This document shows positions 28,476 through 32,000 of a DNA stretch of 32,000 bases, one piece after another (position 1 is the first letter of the stretch; every line of letters begins with the position of its first letter). The notes beneath the pieces were generated by a model. The model saw nothing but the letters and a program-made list of their open reading frames with translations, was not told the origin of the DNA and made no database searches. The stretch is from Idiomarina loihiensis L2TR. GTDB lineage: Bacteria; Pseudomonadota; Gammaproteobacteria; Enterobacterales; Alteromonadaceae. Made by a program: the position numbers and the translations under genes. The stretch lies in NCBI RefSeq assembly GCF_000008465.1, contig NC_006512.1, positions 1,410,001-1,442,000 of the forward strand, given 5' to 3'.

Positions 28476-29480
28476 TCACTCTTGATTCAGTTGATATCGG
28501 CGTACAGCCTGTTGATGTTCTTCCAGTGTTTCCGAGAAAACATGGCCACCTGATTTATCCGCAACAAAATAATAGTACGGAGAACGTGCCGGATTTGCTG
28601 CTGCTTTAATTGAGGCTTTGCCGGGCATCGCAATTGGTGTTGGCGGTAATCCGTTAATTCGATAAGTATTGTATTCTGTTTTCTCGCGCAAATGAGTACG
28701 AGTCAGATTGCCGTCAAAATTTTCAATACCATAGATTGTCGTCGGATCAGACTGCAACCGCATGCCGACAGCTAAACGATTGGCAAATACGCTTGCAACC
28801 AGCGGACGTTCATCGGCCAAACCGGTTTCTTTCTCAATAATAGAAGCCAGTATCAGCAATTCGTAAGGTGAGTTTACAGGGCATCTGTCTGAACGCTCTT
28901 GCCAGGCATTTTCCAGCACCTGCTGCATAGATTGGTACGCTTGCTTCAGAATAGCAATATCCGTTGTGTAAGCTCTGTAACTGTAGGTTTCAGGTAATAA
29001 AACACCTTCAATAGAGGTTTCTGTAACGCCCAGCTTTTGCCTGAGTTCCGCCGGATCCAATTCAGAAGACTCATCTTTTAGGTAAGGTAGCTGTTTTAGT
29101 TGAGCTCTCCACTGCTCGAGAGTCAATCCTTCAACCAGAGTCACAGTAAAGGTTTTTTCCCGCCCTTGACTCAACATACTCCAGACATCAAACCAGCTTT
29201 GTCGTCCGTTAATTTCATAAAGGCCAGCTTGCAAATGGTCGACATCGTCAAAAACCTGACTCAGGCGATAAATTAATGCAGAGTTCCCCTTCTCAAAGTG
29301 CTCTGTTACTTGAATGGTTACGCTACGGGCAGTTGCTCCTCCTCTAAAATCTAACAATAGAGGCGTACTAGCGTCACTTTGTATTGGCTGCGATAAATAC
29401 CAGCGCCCGGATACAAAGACAGCCACGGCCGAAACCACAAAAGCTGCAACAAGCAGCGCTAAAATAAGACGTTTTTTCAT
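28476..29480 (-). CDS. mltG: endolytic murein transglycosylase MltG (YceG)
   Basis: 334 aa with an N-terminal TM anchor, the LASIIEKETG catalytic-Glu motif and YNTY...GLPP.PI. Confidence 0.9.
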   Translation of the reverse strand: MKKRLILALLVAAFVVSAVAVFVSGRWYLSQPIQSDASTPLLLDFRGGATARSVTIQVTEHFEKGNSALIYRLSQVFDDVDHLQAGLYEINGRQSWFDVWSMLSQGREKTFTVTLVEGLTLEQWRAQLKQLPYLKDESSELDPAELRQKLGVTETSIEGVLLPETYSYRAYTTDIAILKQAYQSMQQVLENAWQERSDRCPVNSPYELLILASIIEKETGLADERPLVASVFANRLAVGMRLQSDPTTIYGIENFDGNLTRTHLREKTEYNTYRINGLPPTPIAMPGKASIKAAANPARSPYYYFVADKSGGHVFSETLEEHQQAVRRYQLNQE

Positions 29481-30265
29481 AATATAAGCTGCTCTAATAC
29501 CGCCGGCAATTTGCTCTTATCCAATACTTTACCATTAAACTGAGTGACCGTAACAGCGCCTCTGACACTGTTGCTGAGGATAATCTGCTCAACGTCAGCT
29601 AACTCATTCAATGAAAAATGACCGATACGCAAAGGCGCAAGCATGTCTTCATCAATAATCAACTGGCGAATAATTCCTTGTACACCGGAAAAACTCAGAT
29701 CGGGGGTGTACCATTGCCCTTGTTTGTACCAAAAAACATTTCCCTGTATGGCTTCGACAACATTACCTTCCGAGTCGCAGACCAGTAAATCGTCATATTC
29801 AGAAACGCTGCGCTCCTGAGTCAACAGAACCTGCTCCAGCCTATTTAATGTTTTTAAACCGGCCAGCTTAGGTTGTCTGGCTAAGTTCAATTCAGCAACA
29901 CCAAGACTAACCGATTTAAGGTTACCCGGAGCATCACTTACCTGAATATATTCATTCGCCACTGCGCCGTCTGAAAAGCCATACCCTCGGCCACCATAAC
30001 CTCTAGTGACAATAACCTTACACACACCGTTTTCAATGCCATCACAAGCGTTAAGGATACGCTGATGCAAAAAGTTAAAGTTTGGATGGTTTATAAATAA
30101 ACGGGTATTAGCTTCAGACAGTCGGTTCAAATGTCGCTCTATATGCAAAGGCACACCTTGAACAACTCGTATGGTTGTAAAGTGCCCGTCACCGAACTGC
30201 AGCCCTCTGTCTATTTCAGAACAATGGAAAGGCGTATTATTAAGTAGTATTTTTCTTATTGTCAT
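29477..30265 (-). CDS. pabC: aminodeoxychorismate lyase (class IV PLP enzyme)
   Basis: 262 aa with RGLQFGDGHFTT, VTRGYGGRGY and the PLP-Lys region AGLKTLNRLEQVL, as in E. coli PabC. Its stop overlaps the mltG start (ATGA). Confidence 0.85.
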   Translation of the reverse strand: MTIRKILLNNTPFHCSEIDRGLQFGDGHFTTIRVVQGVPLHIERHLNRLSEANTRLFINHPNFNFLHQRILNACDGIENGVCKVIVTRGYGGRGYGFSDGAVANEYIQVSDAPGNLKSVSLGVAELNLARQPKLAGLKTLNRLEQVLLTQERSVSEYDDLLVCDSEGNVVEAIQGNVFWYKQGQWYTPDLSFSGVQGIIRQLIIDEDMLAPLRIGHFSLNELADVEQIILSNSVRGAVTVTQFNGKVLDKSKLPAVLEQLIL

Positions 30266-30299
30266 AACAAAAAAGGCGGAACCAATGGCTCCGCCTTTT
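30266..30299 (-). terminator. intrinsic terminator of acpP, directly abutting the pabC start codon
   Basis: The minus strand reads AAAAGGCGGAGCC-ATT-GGTTCCGCC followed by TTTTTTGTT, then immediately ATG (pabC). Confidence 0.75.
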
Positions 30300-30319
30300 A
30301 TATCACGTTCTACGACAAA

Positions 30320-30559
30320 TTAGTCGTTAGAATGATTATTTACGTAATCGATAGCTGATTGAACTGTTTTAATTTTTTCAGCTTCTTCGTCTGGAATTTC
30401 AGTTTCAAATTCTTCTTCCAAAGCCATTACCAGTTCAACTGTGTCTAAAGAATCAGCACCCAGGTCATTTTCAAATGACGCTTCAGGCTTAACTTCTTCT
30501 TCTTTAACACCTAATTGTTCAACAATGATTTTTTTAACGCGTTCTTCAATAGTACTCAT
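30320..30559 (-). CDS. acpP: acyl carrier protein
   Basis: [37 protein letters not shown] (phosphopantetheine Ser). ATG at 30559 with GAGGGA SD. The ORF-track extension to 30577 is unlikely. Confidence 0.95.
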   Translation of the reverse strand: MSTIEERVKKIIVEQLGVKEEEVKPEASFENDLGADSLDTVELVMALEEEFETEIPDEEAEKIKTVQSAIDYVNNHSND

Positions 30560-30677
30560 GATTATAAAATCCCTCAATAGTCATCGCGAGAGTGAAAATT
30601 GGCTGTAGTGTAGTGAAACCAGCCTCATTAATAAAGTAAAAAATAGCATAAAGTTAAGAGGTCGTACCGCTAACCCC

Positions 30678-31415
30678 TTAAACCATCGCCATACCACCAT
30701 TAACGTGAATGGTTTCACCAGTGATATAAGCTGCACCTTCTGATGCTAAAAATGCTACCGCAGCAGCAATTTCCTTTGGCTCGCCTAAACGTGCTGCCGG
30801 AATATTATCAAAAATAGCCTGTTTTTGCTCATCATTCAGAGCTTTTGTCATATCTGTATCAATAAAGCCAGGCGCAACACAGTTCACGGTAATGCCGCGC
30901 GCTGCAACTTCTTTAGCCATTGCCTTACTGAAACCAACCAGTCCGGCTTTCGCCGCACAATAGTTAACCTGCCCCGGGTTTCCTGTTGTGCCAACAACTG
31001 AACTGATATTAATAATACGGCCATTACGCCGCTTCATCATGCCGCGTACAACCGCCTTACAAACTTTAAATACGGCTGACAAGTTCGTGTTTAAGACAGC
31101 ATCCCATTCGTCGTCTTTCATTCGCATCATCAGGTTATCGCGGGTAATGCCGGCGTTATTCACCAGAATATCAATAGAACCGTACTCTGATTCAATCTCT
31201 TTAATAACCTGCTGCAGACTATCAGAATCGGTTACATCCAACGCCAGGCCCTTGCCTTTTGAACCAAGATATTCGGAGATTGCAGCTGCACCTTTATCAG
31301 AGGTCGCTGTACCAATGACTTTCGCTCCCTGACTAGCAAGCAGTTCAGCTATTGCTTTTCCTATTCCCCGGCTTGCGCCTGTAACTAATGCGACTTTATT
31401 TTCAAAGTTTTGCAC
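30678..31415 (-). CDS. fabG: 3-oxoacyl-ACP reductase
   Basis: 245 aa SDR with VTGASRGIGKAIA and NYCAAKAG (YxxxK); sits between fabD and acpP. GTG start. Confidence 0.93.
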   Translation of the reverse strand: MQNFENKVALVTGASRGIGKAIAELLASQGAKVIGTATSDKGAAAISEYLGSKGKGLALDVTDSDSLQQVIKEIESEYGSIDILVNNAGITRDNLMMRMKDDEWDAVLNTNLSAVFKVCKAVVRGMMKRRNGRIINISSVVGTTGNPGQVNYCAAKAGLVGFSKAMAKEVAARGITVNCVAPGFIDTDMTKALNDEQKQAIFDNIPAARLGEPKEIAAAVAFLASEGAAYITGETIHVNGGMAMV

Positions 31416-31431
31416 GTAAATAACCTTTTTA

Positions 31432-32000
31432 TTAAAGTGAGTTCAAAGAGTCTAGCGTATTCAACGCACTACAACCAAAAGCCTTAGTAATACGCTTGTT
31501 TAATCCAGTCAGTACTTTTCCCGGACCAACTTCATAGGCTGTTTCGACATCCAATTTCGCAATCTGTTCAATCGTTTCAGTCCAGCGGACAGGGCGATAG
31601 AGCTGACGCACCAAGGCATCTTTAATGGCATCTTCGCTATCGGCTATTGCAACGTCCACATTATTAATGACCGGGGTGTGTGGCTGTTTCAACTTTATCG
31701 ACTTTAACGCGTCGGCCAATTGACTGGCTGCTGGCTGCATCAAAGCACAGTGTGACGGCACGCTAACAGGTAATGGCAAAACCCGTTTAGCCCCGGCTTC
31801 CTTTAAAGCTTCTGCAGCGCGAGCTACGGCGTCTGCATGTCCTGCTATAACCACCTGCCCCGGCGAATTATAATTAACCGGAGTTACTATTTGTTCTCCT
31901 GCCTGCTCTAAACAAATTTTTTCAATTTCGGCATCTTCCAGGCCAATAACCGCGGCCATAGCGCCTTCACCTTCGGCTACGGCTTGCTGCATAAACTCGC
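31432..32000 (-). CDS. fabD: malonyl-CoA-ACP transacylase, C-terminal part (CDS continues beyond the window end)
   Basis: Motifs NYNSPGQVVIAGH and VSVPSHCALMQPAA (catalytic His region). The reading frame is open to the window edge. Confidence 0.9.
   Translation of the reverse strand, partial: EFMQQAVAEGEGAMAAVIGLEDAEIEKICLEQAGEQIVTPVNYNSPGQVVIAGHADAVARAAEALKEAGAKRVLPLPVSVPSHCALMQPAASQLADALKSIKLKQPHTPVINNVDVAIADSEDAIKDALVRQLYRPVRWTETIEQIAKLDVETAYEVGPGKVLTGLNKRITKAFGCSALNTLDSLNSL

Noticed and set aside
30988-31332. A 114-aa plus-strand ORF runs antisense to fabG. Similar shadow ORFs occur at 17347-17730 (-), 22991-23362 (+), 6624-6902 (+), 439-735 (-), 10683-10949 (+) and 14916-15209 (+).
   Set aside because: All lie entirely or almost entirely within well-supported conserved genes. 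Their products are low-complexity, Arg/Ser/Cys-rich sequences typical of off-frame translation, and none has a SD or recognisable motifs.
1-32000. I searched for a defence island, mobile element, CRISPR array, tRNA/rRNA gene, long direct or inverted repeats, or a toxin-antitoxin-like small gene pair.
   Set aside because: Every ORF over about 110 aa outside known genes is an out-of-frame or antisense shadow. I saw no transposase, integrase or recombinase motifs, no repeat-spacer periodicity, no tRNA-like cloverleaf in the short spacers, and gene order follows core enterobacterial synteny blocks.

Overview
This window looks like core chromosome from a marine gammaproteobacterium (Alteromonadales-like; moderate GC by eye, not computed). 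It is densely packed with recognisable housekeeping genes. In order they are: the purB 3' end, roxA/ycfD, leucine dehydrogenase, a convergent ppsA-ydiJ pair, ppsR, a minus-strand run htpX / class II DAHP synthase / short DUF1338 protein, the biotin locus (bioBFCD divergent from bioA), a small membrane protein, asnS, ydjA, sppA-ansA plus an NSS transporter, a stand-alone prpD, and the minus-strand cluster fabD-fabG-acpP-pabC-mltG-tmk-holB-(small ORF)-tatD. Several blocks match E. coli gene order as I recall it (purB..ycfD; ppsA-ppsR; ydjA-sppA-ansA; fabD..ycfH). I found no tRNA or rRNA genes, CRISPR arrays, transposases, integrases, long repeats or defence-type genes, and no convincing novel multi-gene system. 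The window is best described as ordinary. The unexplained parts are small: (1) a 339-bp non-coding gap between prpD and tatD with an sRNA-like hairpin and strong terminator; (2) a 118-aa ORF in the slot PilZ occupies in Pseudomonas, lacking c-di-GMP motifs and carrying a Cys/His-rich tail; (3) a short-form DUF1338 protein apparently co-transcribed with class II DAHP synthase, a few kb from a YdiJ-type oxidoreductase fused to the ppsA transcription unit; (4) loss of fabF, with the acpP terminator abutting the pabC start codon; (5) an orphan prpD plus an NSS transporter at a synteny breakpoint. All product calls rest on motifs and remembered homologues, not on searches.
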